From Tubulanus polymorphus (Eukaryota > Animalia > Nemertea): a DNA stretch of 64,000 nt. The stretch is from contig NC_134029.1 of assembly GCF_964204645.1 (NCBI RefSeq), positions 14,812,950 to 14,876,949 on the forward strand, given 5' to 3'. Both the position numbers and the translations under genes were made by a program. Positions 36,800 through 50,640 of the stretch are shown piece after piece; positions within the stretch are counted from its first letter, which is position 1; the number at the start of each line of letters is the position of its first letter. The notes beneath the pieces were generated by a model. It was not told the origin of the DNA and made no database searches. It saw nothing but the letters and a program-made list of their open reading frames with translations.

Positions 36800-38960
36800 G
36801 AAGGAACACACCAGTATACCGATTGATAGTTAAAGGGAGTGTGACAAAGAGGCAGAGCTGAAACACCAACAGATCCTACAGGAAGCGCAAGATGAAGCCG
36901 ACATTGCGGTCCTGGAAGCAAAGTTGATGAACGAAGCTGTCTAACTCGAACGAGAACGAAAACACGATTTTGATGATGAATTGGTTCCTGACCCACAAGA
37001 GTTTACACAGCCTCAACAGACACTTTCGGATCTGCCAGTGAATCAACAGCCTCAACGACTGCTACCTGATTATTTATATCGATTACCACAACCTCAGTCA
37101 CCAAGACGTCCGCCAAGATCTCCGTTTCAGGAGTCGCTACTGAAAATAAAGTTGCCGATCTTTAATGGTGATACTGCACGACTGAAATTGAAAAGATGAC
37201 ACACTTGCAGTCAGCAGTCACTGGTCCACCTCATCAGTTGATTTCCGGTATGATGTTTGATGGAAGCCAGTATGATGATGCTTCGAATGCATTAAGAGAT
37301 CGTTATGGAAAGGAAGACGACATCATACGTGCCTGCCTGAAAAAGGTATTCAGTCATCCGTCACCTAGATTACATGATGTCTCATCACTCGAAGGTTTCC
37401 AAGGAGTGGTGAATTCTACAGTCGTCACGCTGAAGAGCCTGAAGATCTTCGCAGCTCTTAGAATCTGCATCGAGTTATACTGAAGCTGCCCTTAGAGATC
37501 AGACTTGAATGGGGAAAACAAGCCATAGATATCGAATCCAAGAACGAACAACTGACTTTACTTCACTTGAACGAATGGTTAGTGTTATAACTCAGAGTGT
37601 CATTAAACTACTGCAAAGCAACAAAGTCAGTAGATGATCGTCAATCCAGTGATAGCAAGCAACATGACAAGCCAAGTACATCAAAACCGGGATCTGTCAT
37701 CTCTACTAATGTCAAAGCTGATGATGAGTGTATCTGCTGTAAAAGTAAACATTCCCTTGCAGAGTGTGACAATACCAATTAACGGTCCAAGTTCGCCGAA
37801 AACTGGAATGCTTGTTCAACTCGATGTCGTCTGTAGATGGATTGAAGATTCCACTCAGTCTAACTCCGATTGAAACCCAGATTGAATTTGTGCCGCATAG
37901 AAGATAAAGACATATCTGTTCCTGATCATGCTGATGTTCAAGTCCTGTTAGGTGCTAATGTCATTGAAGCGTTTATTCAACATGAAAGTAGAATTGGTTA
38001 ACCTAATCAGCCGTAGCCGTTCGAACAGATTTTGGTTATTTTTTACCAGGAGAGCTGGATATTTCTCCTCATTGGAAGGTATGAATCCACATGTCTACTT
38101 TTCTGGAGATGCCACAGATGAGAATCAACAACTGTTTTCATTAGATAAAGATTGGTGGCAAACTGAGTCGTTTGGTATCAAGAACCTGATATTTGAAAAT
38201 CAGTCTACCGAGCAGTTCAGATGCTAGATGCATATACTCGATTGGTCAATTGTCACTACGAGACTGGTTTGCTCTAGAAGAATGATGATATTCAACTGCC
38301 CTGCAACCATCCCATTTGCTATGAAGCGTCTGAAGAATACGGAACATACCTTTAAGAGGGATCCTGACAAGGCTACCCCCTCCCCCAAGACATTCGACGA
38401 TTACCTTAAGAAAGGATATTCTCGAAAACTGAGTGAGACTGAAGCTAATCAACCGAGTCCGAAGAAATGGTACCTTCCACACCCCGCCATTTTTTATCCT
38501 TACACGAAGAAGATAAGAGTGGTTTTTGATGCTGCCGTCTGCTACTCAGGAGTATCACTCAACAACCAGCTGTTTCCGTCAAGAACAAGTTGCTGTGATG
38601 GCTGACATAGAAGCTATGTATCACAGTAAGTACGGATAGCAGAAATGGATCAATCAGCATTGCGTTATTTATGGAGGAATCTAGAAGACCGTCCACCAGA
38701 CGTTTACCAGATGCTAGTCAACATTTTCGGTGCGCGATGATCCGCATCTATCGCGAACAATGCCTTGAAGATGACTGGTTGCGATTTCTATATGGACGAC
38801 TTCCGACAAGTCAAGACAGTTCTTGAAGCCATAGAGATGTTGTCACAGGTCTTTTCTACAGTTGCCATTGGCGGTTTTCGGCTTACAAAATATTTCAGCA
38901 ATAGCCGTGAAGTCCTTGCTGCAATGCCTCTGTCTGATGTTGCCTTTGATGTCCAGAAGT
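36800..38960 (+). mobile_element. BEL/Pao LTR retrotransposon relic (gag + RT), no LTRs recognised
   Basis: LKIKLPIFNGD, DUF1759-like YDDASNALRDRYG, zinc knuckle CICCKSKHSLAEC; RT WYLPH..KKIRVVFDAA..GVSLNNQL, ADIEAMY, DQSALRYLWR, FYMDDF, GGFRLTKYFSNSREVL. Many frameshifts and deletions; boundaries approximate. Confidence 0.9.
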
Positions 38961-40685
38961 TATTAAGGCATCTGACACAGAAAAACTATACAGCATGTTG
39001 TTGATAACTTATGGGCCAACAAAGTAGACATAAATAATGTGGGTATAAGTGAACTTGAGGTCAAGGTCACATACTCCAAGATGGCCGCCATGAAACAAAT
39101 TCACGAAAAAGTTTCAGATAAACTGCTCTGTCTCCCAGCAAAATGCACTGATCTATTCAATTTCAACTGAAATTGTATGCCATATATCCTAATTCTGTAG
39201 TAAAAATTTCAAAGCAATAGCACAACTAAAAAATTTGTTTATTTGTAAGACAAATGTGGTTGAAGACAAGCACAATTTTTAGATTTATGAGGAAGCTTAT
39301 AATTTATGATGATTATATGTATTTCATTTCAAAATCTATTAGGCCTACTTAAAATGTGTTACGTATTTACCTTCTCTTCCTTATAACAACTGATAGAACA
39401 CCTTACTAAACCGATGTATGGTATAGTATGGTGGATGGGATAAACTCCTTCAATTCACCAACTTCTGCGCTGAATCTAACAGTGCCCATCCGCACCTTAT
39501 TTAATGGCATGTCCTGCCCTATTGGATTTCCGGCTACCATCATTTAACGCACACTCGCACCTTTCTCCTATTTTATTAATCTTTCTACAGAGCAAAAGTT
39601 TATTTTTCTTTTATCTTTAAACCAAAACAATTGTGAGGTTGGCTCCATTGTCTGTCACCTAGTTTCTTGCCTTGAAGAAAAACGCAATTACTACTACTCA
39701 CTCCCTAAAGACCGCCTCTGCTCTACTAAACTCTGCATTTATGTATGTACGTGGGCACTGCAGGCCTACACTAACAGTGACACAGTTCCCTGCAGCGATT
39801 CCACCTGCATTTGTTACGGACTTTAGCAAAGTCCAATTTGTTATCGCGTATGAAACTTTCTTCATTTGGTACAAAATAACTTCCAAACGAGGCTTAGTTT
39901 CTCTTCGGTACTTTTGAAACATTCAATGCAGTGAAAAAATCTCGAACCCTATTGAATAATATGGGCATCCATTGCTTATACATTAATTTAGTTATTTATT
40001 TGTTGTTGGCACTACATTTCGTTTCGGAAGAACACATGCCCTGTTACGTATATTCATGTTCACAAATGTGCGTGACACTCGCTACTATATGGTGTATTGA
40101 TCTGTGCATGTATATGGATAATGCGCCTCTCGCGTGTGGCCTAGTTGTTGGAACTGCAAATGATTCAAATACGAGGAGTGTTCTTGGGCGCGGCCGTGAG
40201 AAGCAGTGTATTTTATGGAAGGGCAGAAATTGGGAAAGGGGGAAGTGAATCTTGGAAATTGTTCAATTTATGAAAATAAATTGTCTAACGTTAACAAACT
40301 TACATAGTGTATGAAATAAATGGAATGGTCACACAATGAACGTGAAGTTGTCTATTTGAGTCAGTGGGGAAACCCACTACCATGTATATTCATGATGAAT
40401 CATCATACAGTTGTGTGTGATGGGGACAAATTTTCATGAAAACTTCTTGATTCAATCAAGGGGGACATCTTAGGGTTTTTTTTTATTACTTGGAGCACGG
40501 ATTCCCTGAAATTCTGCCTTAAACTTCTTGCCTTAGATAGGAATGCGTTTCCATTATTTGAAAAAAGACATTTTTTTCTCGAATTTCTGTCTTTATCTTA
40601 AAGTGCTTATCTGTTGAAAGTCTGTTTTCTCCCATCATTTGAATTCAATCCAATAGTTTTCACTCTTTTTCATTTGTTCTGCTTA

Positions 40686-41227
40686 GGCCACACAAAGAAA
40701 TACCCTAGTTTCTCAAAGTCAAATGCCGCCCACATCATGAAAAAAGCCCCTAATAGAAATTAAGGAGAGAAATGCGCTCGCCCCCATCGGCAATGCATCA
40801 ATCGTCTGTTTTCGTATGAAAATTAAAACCCACTCACCCGCAGCATAGTGTAAGACATGGCTTTTTTCTGCGGGCATTCATATGCTCATCCTCAACGTAC
40901 TGGTAATCCACAATTACTGTGACAAAAACAACACCAGGTTCCTTTCTTTTTACTTTCGTTTCGAGGAAGCGTAAAAAAAGCGAATATGATTGTCTCAATT
41001 TCGATTAAATGAGTAGAGGTTTTTGGGAGCTACTTAATTCTAGATAAAGTTTTTTGCAAGTTTTACTTGCATTACTGGTGTTTGTTTGGCATCAGTAGAA
41101 GAAAAGCGCGTCTGTTCTATAAGTCTCAGGTTGAGCTTTTTATTTCAACTTTCTTATTTAAGAAAAGCAATAAGATTAAAATTCGCCCGCCCTCATCACT
41201 TTTCAGAAAAAATTTCTTTGTGTGGCC
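40686..41227. mobile_element. PIF/Harbinger-type MITE
   Basis: TTA|GGCCACACAAAGAAAT ... ATTTCTTTGTGTGGCC|TTA. Confidence 0.88.
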
Positions 41228-41625
41228 TTAAATCTCTAGAGTACCAATGTTAAATTTTGATGCTGATTAAACGTACATACACTCATGTAAATTCAGGAAA
41301 GTCCATATTAAGAAATTCGTTTCTTGTTCACAAATACTGCAGAGGATGCGCACTGCAAACAAAATGGTGGAAACTCTTTTTAAAAAAAATTGCTTCGCCG
41401 GTGCTTGTTAAACAATTGGTCAGACAATTCAATTCAATTCTCTATTGACAGTTACCTAGTAAGTAATTTTAAGTTTCAAATAGGATGGACAGTACATTCA
41501 GACAATCTGCTGGTTGGGAGAGACTGTTATTACAGTATCAATTTATAAATTTCGTTTAGAACCTGTCAGTTGCCAAATCTGAATGAACGTGAATTATATT
41601 TGATGAAAATAGGCGGAAAATGAAT

Positions 41626-41664
<39 letters not shown>
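41626..41664. repeat. (AAT)n microsatellite
   Basis: About 12 perfect AAT units. Confidence 0.95.
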
Positions 41665-42898
41665 CAACGGAATTACAAGAGGGTTTTCGACGAATGTCAG
41701 AAAACTCTAATAAAGATACATATCGCATTACATGAATTCTGATTACTCCTTTCTTTTGACAAAATCATTTTAGGGATATCCGGCATATTTGATGAAAATT
41801 ACTGACAATTTCATGTCATGATATTACAATACTAATGGAACTTTAATGAAATGTGAAGTGAGCCTGTGAAATAGTCCCAGGTCGTCAAAATTGCACAATA
41901 TTACAACCCGAAACCAATTAGAATACTTTCTATATATCATAAATTTTGAGATAATGTTACCTGAGAATCCATTGATTTCATAATACGAGATACGTATATG
42001 ATACAAATTATGCGGTTGTCATGGTTACTGACAACATTCACTGAAATGTCACAATAAACCTTGAAGACCCGACCCCCTGCTTCATTGCAGACATGAATCA
42101 TTCGAAGTATCTGAACATAGAAAGTGACAAGATTGATTCATTCATTGACCTCTTTGAGATTTAAGTGGTAAATAGCTCCACTACCCCAGTTGTAAAGGCA
42201 CCGACAAAATAAAGAAAATAAATGTTACCAAATGAGACCTCATACAAGAAAACCCAAAATTAGTGTGATAGCGGGCTACTAAAGACTATGGTTTAGGAGC
42301 TAAGTACTTTTTAAAGTATTTCTATCTATGAAATTAAATTAGGCATTGGTTGCCTTGGTATCGATTTCCATGGAAATGGATATCGATTCCCCGAAGCCAA
42401 GATGTAAAGCTTTCGATTGATACCAAATTTGCCCATATGGTATCTCTGTTGAACAGAAGGGCCAAAAAACGTTTGGGTATTTCCATTTTCCCTGTCAATG
42501 TACAATCTCGACGATGAGTAATGCTGTAATGTATAAGATCAATATAGTTTATTTATGTTTAGCTGGCCAATAGTTAGTACTAGAAACAACAAATCTCAAT
42601 GATTTTCAACATTGTACGTAAAGAATATAAAGACCCTCAATTACTATGAGAATGACTATGGCACTTTCAAAATGTCTTTATAAAAAACACATGAAGAAAG
42701 GGGTTGACTTACGCAGCTAGTAAAAACTAAAGCACAAATTCTTTGACTGAAAATTTGACTACAACCCTAGGTCGACATGACACTGAAGTGCAGAAATTTC
42801 TTATGACCTAGTCCGCTGAAATACATCTTCTGCGACCTGGGCTGCCTTGTATGGCTGTTTAGCAGGTATGTTAAACTTTTTGTTATTTGCATTTTCAG

Positions 42899-43064
42899 TC
42901 CATTACCAGTGAAAGACCCAGAAGATTTTCTGGTTGTTACCACTCCCCAAGATCGATTAATGATGTCATCACAGAATGGAGCTAATGAACCCACACCTGC
43001 TGCCCCTGGTGTTATACCTGCACCCAACCAACATTTCTCACAAACTGGGCGAGGTGGAACTGTG
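42899..43064 (+). CDS. DMXL2: DmX-like exon
   Basis: attttcag|T...GTG|gtgcgt. PLPVKDPEDFLVVTTPQDRL...HFSQTGRGGTV. Phases 2 in and 0 out fit both neighbours; the QTGRG-TV end resembles DMXL GQTSTGASV. Confidence 0.85.
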
Positions 43065-43899
43065 GTGCGTATCCATTATCATTGTTAGTATAATTCAAAT
43101 ACCCCTATTAACTCAGGCTTCACATTTGTTCATAAAATAGCTTCCAATTTGAACAGTTGTAATTTTAAGCCCACTTGAAACTTAAGTCTGAATTGGCTAT
43201 TGCGTTCACATTCCCGTAGACGGGATCCAGTTATTTTGGTAAGTTTTGAAGACGTTTCAATGGACTGGCTTGACCTTTGGTTTATTAAAATTGGTTGACT
43301 TCTATGACATCATGCCAATGCTAGTAAAATGGAACAGCAGTCATATTCGAAAAAAAGTGCTGACGCTTTCCATTTTCATAGTTTAATTCAAATTGAATCA
43401 CCGTTCACGTAAAACACTAGACACAGTTGAAAATGAATCAAAAATTATGTTTATTCCCTACAACATAGTGTTGCCAGATTTTTGATGGTCCAAAAAGTAA
43501 TTTTATGGTATTTTTGCTTGTTATTTATGTGGTAGATGAAAGGGGGTTAGTGACATGTCCACATTGACATTGACAGCAAAGAATGGAGATTGGTCTCCTG
43601 AATAGGAAAACATGAATTTTGTACCATATTTTCTGGTGAATGGGTGGAATTTTTGAGATAAAAAATCATGTCCAAAAAATGAAGAGTTCAAGGTCGATGT
43701 TTAATAAAATGTTAATTTATGTCAGGCTACATTCATATACCAATTAGAATTTAGGATGACTGATAAATAGTATCTTAAAGTTTGTAAATATTTCAAAATA
43801 AAGTAATGTTAAAAGTCAAGCAAAAAAGAAAACCATGTGTATTCATTGTACACTTTTTTATATTAACTGCACTGATGTGGCAGCCTGCCAATAATCAAC

Positions 43900-45084
43900 G
43901 GTTGTAGGTAAAAATGCCCTGGGTAAAAATCCCCTTTGTAAATATACCCATACTCAAATCAGGTAAAAATCCCTACTGTGATTTTCAAGAACATTTAAAA
44001 GCAAGATGTTTCCAATTTTATTCATTTGCAATGAGACTGAAATACGTTGGGAGAAATTCTTACGTAAATAAACTCTGAATAGAATAAATTGTTAGAATTA
44101 ATAAGAATAATAAACTTTTTACTTGTAATATCTTCAAGTTCGAACTTGAATATTTTTGAACTGTGAACTCTTGTTAACTTGTGGTATATTTGAGCTGTGC
44201 GATGCCATGAATTATTAGAAATAATGAACTTTAAATTTTAAATATTTGAGATTCAAGCTAGTGTTATTATTTGAAATGTGCGATAAACCCTTTCATTAAA
44301 CTATGCGATAACTTTAAGTACTACTCTAGTATTAATAAACTGTTAATTTGTAGTATGTTTTAATTCAAATAGTATATACTATAGTCTGTATGCTCACGCT
44401 ATACTTATGGTGTTCCATAGTTATATATGAATAAATTGGATATATGTATCAATAATATAATTTGATTGACCTTAAGATTGTATCAACTTACTACGGAAGC
44501 CCCTAGGTGACGTACAAGATAATTTTTCTCACAATTTTGACTTATTATCTTGAATTTCGGAAAAGTCAAATTTCGACTTATTATGTGGCGGTATATCGTT
44601 AGTTACTAATATTTCACTATGTTTGACAGGTGCTGCCATCTTTCAAGAGAGATAATTAGTAATTACTTATTAAATCAATATACTTCAGTATGGTGTACTA
44701 GCAAAATCCATCACTGATTCCTACACCGCACTGCGGTGTAAATGCACTGAAAGGGTTAGGTCGATGTTCGACTTATTGTGTCAAATTTTGACTTAAGTCG
44801 AATTTCGACATAAAAATAACTCAGAAATTCAACATAATTAAGTTGTAATTCGAATGAATTAACTTGAAATTCAACTTAATAAGTCGAAATTCGAGATAAT
44901 TAGTCATAATTTGTCATATTAAGTTGAATTTCGACTTCGAAATTGTGAAAAAATTATCTCGTATGTCACCTAGGGGCTTCTGTAACTTACACTACATTCA
45001 GTAGTAGAGGATTTTTACCTACTTTCAAGAATTGGGGGATTTTTCCTGAGGGGATGTTTACCCAGGGGATTTTTTCCGCTAACC
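43900..45084. mobile_element. Mutator-like (MULE) non-autonomous element
   Basis: GGTTGTAGGTAAAAATGCCCTGGGTAAAAATCCCC / GGGGATGTTTACCCAGGGGATTTTTTCCGCTAACC TIRs. 9-bp TSD ATAATCAAC/ATAATCAAT, present once in the paralogous site near 31035-31043. Confidence 0.82.
44492..44984. mobile_element. MITE with TACGG termini and 6-bp TSD (IS3EU-like)
   Basis: ACTTAC|TACGGAAGCCCCTAGGTGAC ... GTCACCTAGGGGCTTCTGTA|ACTTAC. Confidence 0.82.
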
Positions 45085-45906
45085 ATAATCAATACACAGC
45101 AGTCTAATACTAGACTAGAGGTGCCGGCAATCAGTCTATTCACAATACATTCAACATGTGGATACAAACAATGAGCACTAATCTAAAAATTTTAATATTA
45201 ACAATAGATTTCAATGATTAATTGCAAAAAGTGTTAAAGATTCTCGCCTACTATGAGAATCGTCTTAGCCCTGTTTTGAAAGTGACTTACGTAAACACAT
45301 GAGGAAGTGACTCGACTTATACACCGGATCAACTTGTCCACCGCGAAATACGGTACCCAGGTATATAAATATTATTGTTATTCATCCTATCAGAAGCAAT
45401 GATATTAATTGGGATTGATTCTCAGCAGCACAATACATATTTTGAAAGCAGTGGAAGTGTAAGCCAACTCATGACTGAAACCCGTATAGGTTAGTTATGT
45501 AATCACGCAGGAACGCCTTACTTAAGTCATAACCATTTTATGAAGACACGAAACATCAAACATGTTAACGGTCCCAACCAGCCATTGTACGATATCACCA
45601 TTAAAGATAGATTATTTTATTCAATTTTACCAGAGTTTTTCTAAGAGGAAATATCATTAAGTATGCTGAGAACAACTTTGTTGTATCATCAATCAGTTGA
45701 CTGACAGTTTATTGGATGAAAATCTGTGTTAAGAACTGCTTGAATGTATTCGTAATAAAAATCCACTCAGAAGCAACGAAAAGGCACTCGGGGGCTGTAG
45801 TACCCTGAGAAGCTAATTATTAGCCCTTTTTTTCATCACACTATCAGTAGTGTCCATTGGAAGCCAGGATTGATTGGTCAGCAAAATTTCATCGGTTCGG
45901 CTATAT

Positions 45907-46277
45907 CAGGGTTCGAGAACTAAGAAAAAATCCGCTGGTCCAAGGGGCAAGAGGATTTCTAAATTCACTAGTCGGACTAAAAATCCACTAGTCCAATCTG
46001 AAATCAATGAAACTAGGCCTAAATGCAGACTGAACAATAAAAATTCAGAATACATCAACTTCATGACCATTATAAACAGTGGGCAGAGCTTTTGGAATTA
46101 TTAGCGGAGCTTACATCTTTGACAAGACATCTTTAGATGCAGAGACATACAGGCTAGCGGGACACATAGAGATTATAAATGCGCTAGTCCGACAGGCTGG
46201 TTGATTTAAAAATTCATTATTCTGATCGCAAATTCAATAGTCCCGGAATGTCGGATAAGCACTTAGCTCGAACCCTG
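45907..46277. mobile_element. MITE with CAGGGTTCGAG termini
   Basis: CTATAT|CAGGGTTCGAG ... CTCGAACCCTG|CTATAT. Empty site CGGCTATATTCTAA at ~25653. Superfamily uncertain (hAT- or P-like). Confidence 0.75.
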
Positions 46278-49200
46278 CTATATTCTAAGATAAGTTTTCA
46301 TTTTGAAATGCCCTGCCAGCCTTCTGCCCACGCATGAGAAGGTAGTGGCCAAATTCAGTTTTCGTAGCTATTCGACTAGTGGTCGGAACTAATAACCAAA
46401 TGTGCTTGATTTCTTGATTTTCAAACTATTTCCGGAATATAGTTCCGACCAAGGGACATTCGGTTTCGTTTATTTCGACTATAGTCGACTAACTCAGATA
46501 ACCAAAGGTGGCCACGAGGCAGTAGTGGCCCCATACCCACTTGGCAGATAGACACGCTTTGTAAAAAGTGAGCCGGGAAAAATAAACTTTACGAAAACAT
46601 GAAGATATTTTCCATACATTGAACACCACAACAATGATTATGTTTAAACGTTGTTTGTCGTAAATTGGCCCTATGTGCAGTATTGCGATGGTTATTTGCC
46701 ACTGCGGTAGTTTTTTTGGAATTGAATCATTCATCAGGGGGATTTTTCATTAATCAGCAATTCGACCTAATAGTATGAATTCATGCAGGAAAAATGGTAG
46801 TCAGTTGAAATTACCCTCATAGTTGTACATCGTTCATACAAAGCTTGTAGGCGAAAGTGCCAAAATTATTGTATTAAATGTGTTTTGTATTATCCAAATC
46901 TTGATTGATATAAACATGTTAGCCTGGAACATGCTGGAAAACATCACAATAAACAAGTTTTGTGTTAACAAAATCACATTTATGGATTTTTATCAATAAA
47001 ATGGCATTGGCTAAATTGGCAGAACAAATTAAATTCATTTTCAGCATAAATGAAAATTGTACATTAAGAAAAATTAACGTTAAGTCTGTGGTCCTCTCAA
47101 CCAACATTGTCTCTGAACGTTTGCCGGCAGATGTAAAACATTAACCACATACTTAACCACAGTATAATCTACCAATGCTTCAAGGCCCTTGGGTTTCTTG
47201 TATATGTAGTACCCTAGATACATCTTCCAAAAAACTGGTGCAATAAGAATCAAGATGGCCGACTGGCAGCCTTTGTTATTCACCAAAATCAACACTTTAT
47301 GATAACTGTATTTAGTACACGTTGTCCTATCGTTATCATGAAATCCGTCACGTCAAACATTTGATTAAGTTGACTGAACTTCATAACCTCTCCTCAAGTA
47401 AATAGTGACTAAATAAAAATGTTCTTAAAACGTTGGTATGACATTATAACCATGCTGTTCACTTTCATGAGCTTGAATAATTCTTTTTGAGCGAACGTTG
47501 ATATTTGAATAATTTTACCTTACTTTATTTTGTATACTATATATACATGTATAATATCAAAATTATTCTCATGTGAGGCGGTAGTTAGTCCTCCACTGCA
47601 CTCACTTGCTGGCAGCTTTTGTGATTCCTAAAATAAAAAGCAAATATTGAAGAAGCTTTTATTTGCATTGTTCTGTTAAGCCTACAAATTCACTTCGAGC
47701 ATGAGTCCATACATACAGGTTTTGTCATCTATTGTTATTGGAGGAGAATGGTTAACCTGACAGAAGGGTCTCTCGAGTTGTTACATAAAAGATTGTTTCA
47801 AAAAGATGCTATCAGTATTTTCCATATATGAACAGTATCAAAATTTGTGAATTGAACAACATACCTTAGTAAATAAACGATTTTTCTAATCCCTAAAACA
47901 CAATGTATAAAGCCTATCACTGAACAATGACAGACATTTTTTGTTTTATCATGATCTCCGTTGATTTCACATCCCATATCTCTCTTTACTCCAGAAAGTT
48001 TGAATCTTGCTTTCCCATGGTCTTAAAATGTTGGAATCTGCATTGGGGCTTGCTTGAAATATATTGATGATATATGACTTAGCTGCTGCAGACAACGTTT
48101 AGATGTGTTAACTGTGTGCATCTTACATTGTAACTATCAGACAAATGTTGTGCGAACATTGTGTGCTAACTGGGTAAATTGGTACACAGGTTTGATGAAT
48201 AATAAAAATATCTAAAACGTGGTACATATGTTTGACATAGTTAAGGTTCACTCCTTTAAACCAAGTAATATCCATCTAGCTACAATACCCCACTGTTATA
48301 GACATCGTTCCCGATTGTTAATGGAGGAATTGGTCTAGTATAGACATATGGCAAGCAGGAGCATCAGAGGCATACGACTCTTCTAGTTGCTCATGAACTT
48401 CATAATCAACAATCCTCAGTAGCCTTTCAGTGTTTGTATAGTACAAAATTACAAAATGAACCTATTTTGTAGGCCCGATATTATCATCATTAACTCTTGG
48501 CTGTATGGTCTTATAATTGTTACTCTTATGATTACTATACATCCCAATTATTACCTTTTTGTGGTTCAGGTGAAGGCCATTAGTGTCCATGGTATTACCA
48601 ATTCTAATTTTTCTAAGTATGTGATTGATAGAAGTCGACGGCTGTTAAGAATGGTGAGTTATTTGATGTTGTTAAGAGTAATTGTAATGAGTTTTAGTTG
48701 TAATTGCGCACCTCCAAATTATTGGGTTTAATGCATTCTTATTATGTTTGTCATTCAATATATCTCTTTAAGTAGGAAGACCCTGTTCAGCAATAAGGGT
48801 CATGATTGATATTGTAGGTAGTGCTGTAGCTAAGTATCTTGTACCATTTTCGAGCTATAAAATACGGTCCAAATTCACAAGTTACTTGGGGTTACCGGGG
48901 TTGTGTCTGAAAAATATCCGAACCAGTAGGATGGACCCCAAAACCATTCATACGCGAGCTCGACAGCCAGTGTGACGTCTAGGTGGGGTCCGACAGCCAG
49001 TGTGGTATTCAGGTTGAGTTCGGCTGCTAGTGCGACATTAGGTTGCATACATATATGACCTGAAAAACAAAAACGACACAAATGGAAAGTACTCTGTTGA
49101 TTTAAGTAAACGACAACTCTTAGTTGTTAGCCGCTTTGCAGTGGATGGGGGTAGAGAACCATTGATAGGTATATTGACCATTGATAGCTACTACCCGACT

Positions 49201-49629
49201 GTCAGGTGGTGGTGCAGTGTCGCAGAAAATTACATGCCGCTCGACTGAATGCTTGCTTCTTCTGGATTAACTACCTTTTACTCGTCTAATTCGACGGCTT
49301 CCATTTTACTTTCTCAAGGGTTCACGATGATGAGGAAGAAACAACAAATAATTCATTTAATAAAATATGTTTATATACCAAAAATACCTTGAGTATTACA
49401 TATGACTATATACAGTTTTGATCAACCAGTCTTCAAGTATGCGATCAGTTTCTCTAGTGAGCAAGTGCCATCTATCATTATGGAACTATGCAGCTTACTT
49501 AGGGTGAGCACTGTATGCCTACTTGACTGGTGACCTATTCATTTTCAGGGCCCTCGAGATCTCTCTACCCTTCTTAGCAAGAATGGCTTTTGTTTCCGGA
49601 TCCGGTCCCAAGTTACCATCCTGACCTCT

Positions 49630-50640
49630 TGGTTACTGGGAGTCACTGAGCACACAAAGTCCCTCTGCCCTTATTGCAGCTCGAGGTCGGAGTCGTCCCC
49701 TGGCCGGTTGCCCCTCGTCTACCAATTCTCCGTCGGATTCATCTTGTTCTGAGGCAGTTTGCTCAGCGATAGTCAGTGTCTCAGCACGAGCAGGGGTTTC
49801 GGCTTGGTTAATCCTTCCATTCCGAGGGTCCGATTCCACCGGAATTAGCCGATCTCTTTCCTCCTCCGAGCTCGAAGGACAAGAACTATGTTTTTGTGCG
49901 ACTGGGTCATGCTTCATGGTGCCATGCCTAGTGGAGGGAGGTTTGTTCAGGGGGACCTGAGGATTTTCACCATCATCCGACCTTATTATGGCCGGTTTCA
50001 TGCCGTTGAAGTGGACAACTTTGGTCTTGGTCTCTCCTAACTGAGTCTCCACCCGATTATTTACCTCAGTTAGGTGCAGTGTGACCACAAACGGGCCATA
50101 CCACTTCCTATGGAATTTCTGGGCCTCCACAGGCTTGACATAGTGACTGTATAGCCAGATTATATAGTCAGACTGTAGCCATTAAAGGCAGATTCAATTA
50201 GGCCCGCGACACGCCGCACATTCCATTGTGAACTGACTTGGCCATGGACTACTCACCACCATATCAATTGGAAGACTTATTTCTTATGTCCAAACATGAA
50301 AAAGGATGGGGTCTTCTGCGTTGATGACTGGACACTCGATGGGAATGCTATTAAGCATCCACGAGTGGTCATCACAGTCTTTCCCATTCTCATCAACCGT
50401 CAGTCAGCATCGCTTTGATTGATTTTTTGAAGTTTTCAACTTTTCCGTTCCTATGAGGGTGGAAATTGCGTTGGATACAGCATCCGAAATTGAGGATGGG
50501 TCCTCTATCATCAACGACGCCCTGGCTGTGTCCGGGAGATTTACCCCTGCCAGGAACGGTCCCTAGCCAGTTCGTCCTGCACTTCCCATGTGGTAGGGTA
50601 TGTGCATAAGGCCAGTTCTTGTAATTCATCTGCGTAGTGT
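49630..50640 (-). mobile_element. Ty3/Gypsy integrase relic
   Basis: FHPHRNGKVENFKKSIKAML, SVQSSTQKTPSFFMFG..SLPIDMV, and the GPY/F module KFHRKWYGPFVV...VVHFNGMKP. Confidence 0.85.

Larger units (their letters stand above)
43624..45353. mobile_element. Mariner-type MITE (reverse relative of 30672-31367), interrupted
   Basis: TA|CCATATTTTCTGGTG ... CGCGAAATACGG|TA. Both halves align to the reverse complement of 30672-31367. Confidence 0.8.

Noticed and set aside
48875-49081. ORF with 10-aa repeats
   Set aside because: Explained by three degenerate 30-bp tandem units of a non-coding repeat.
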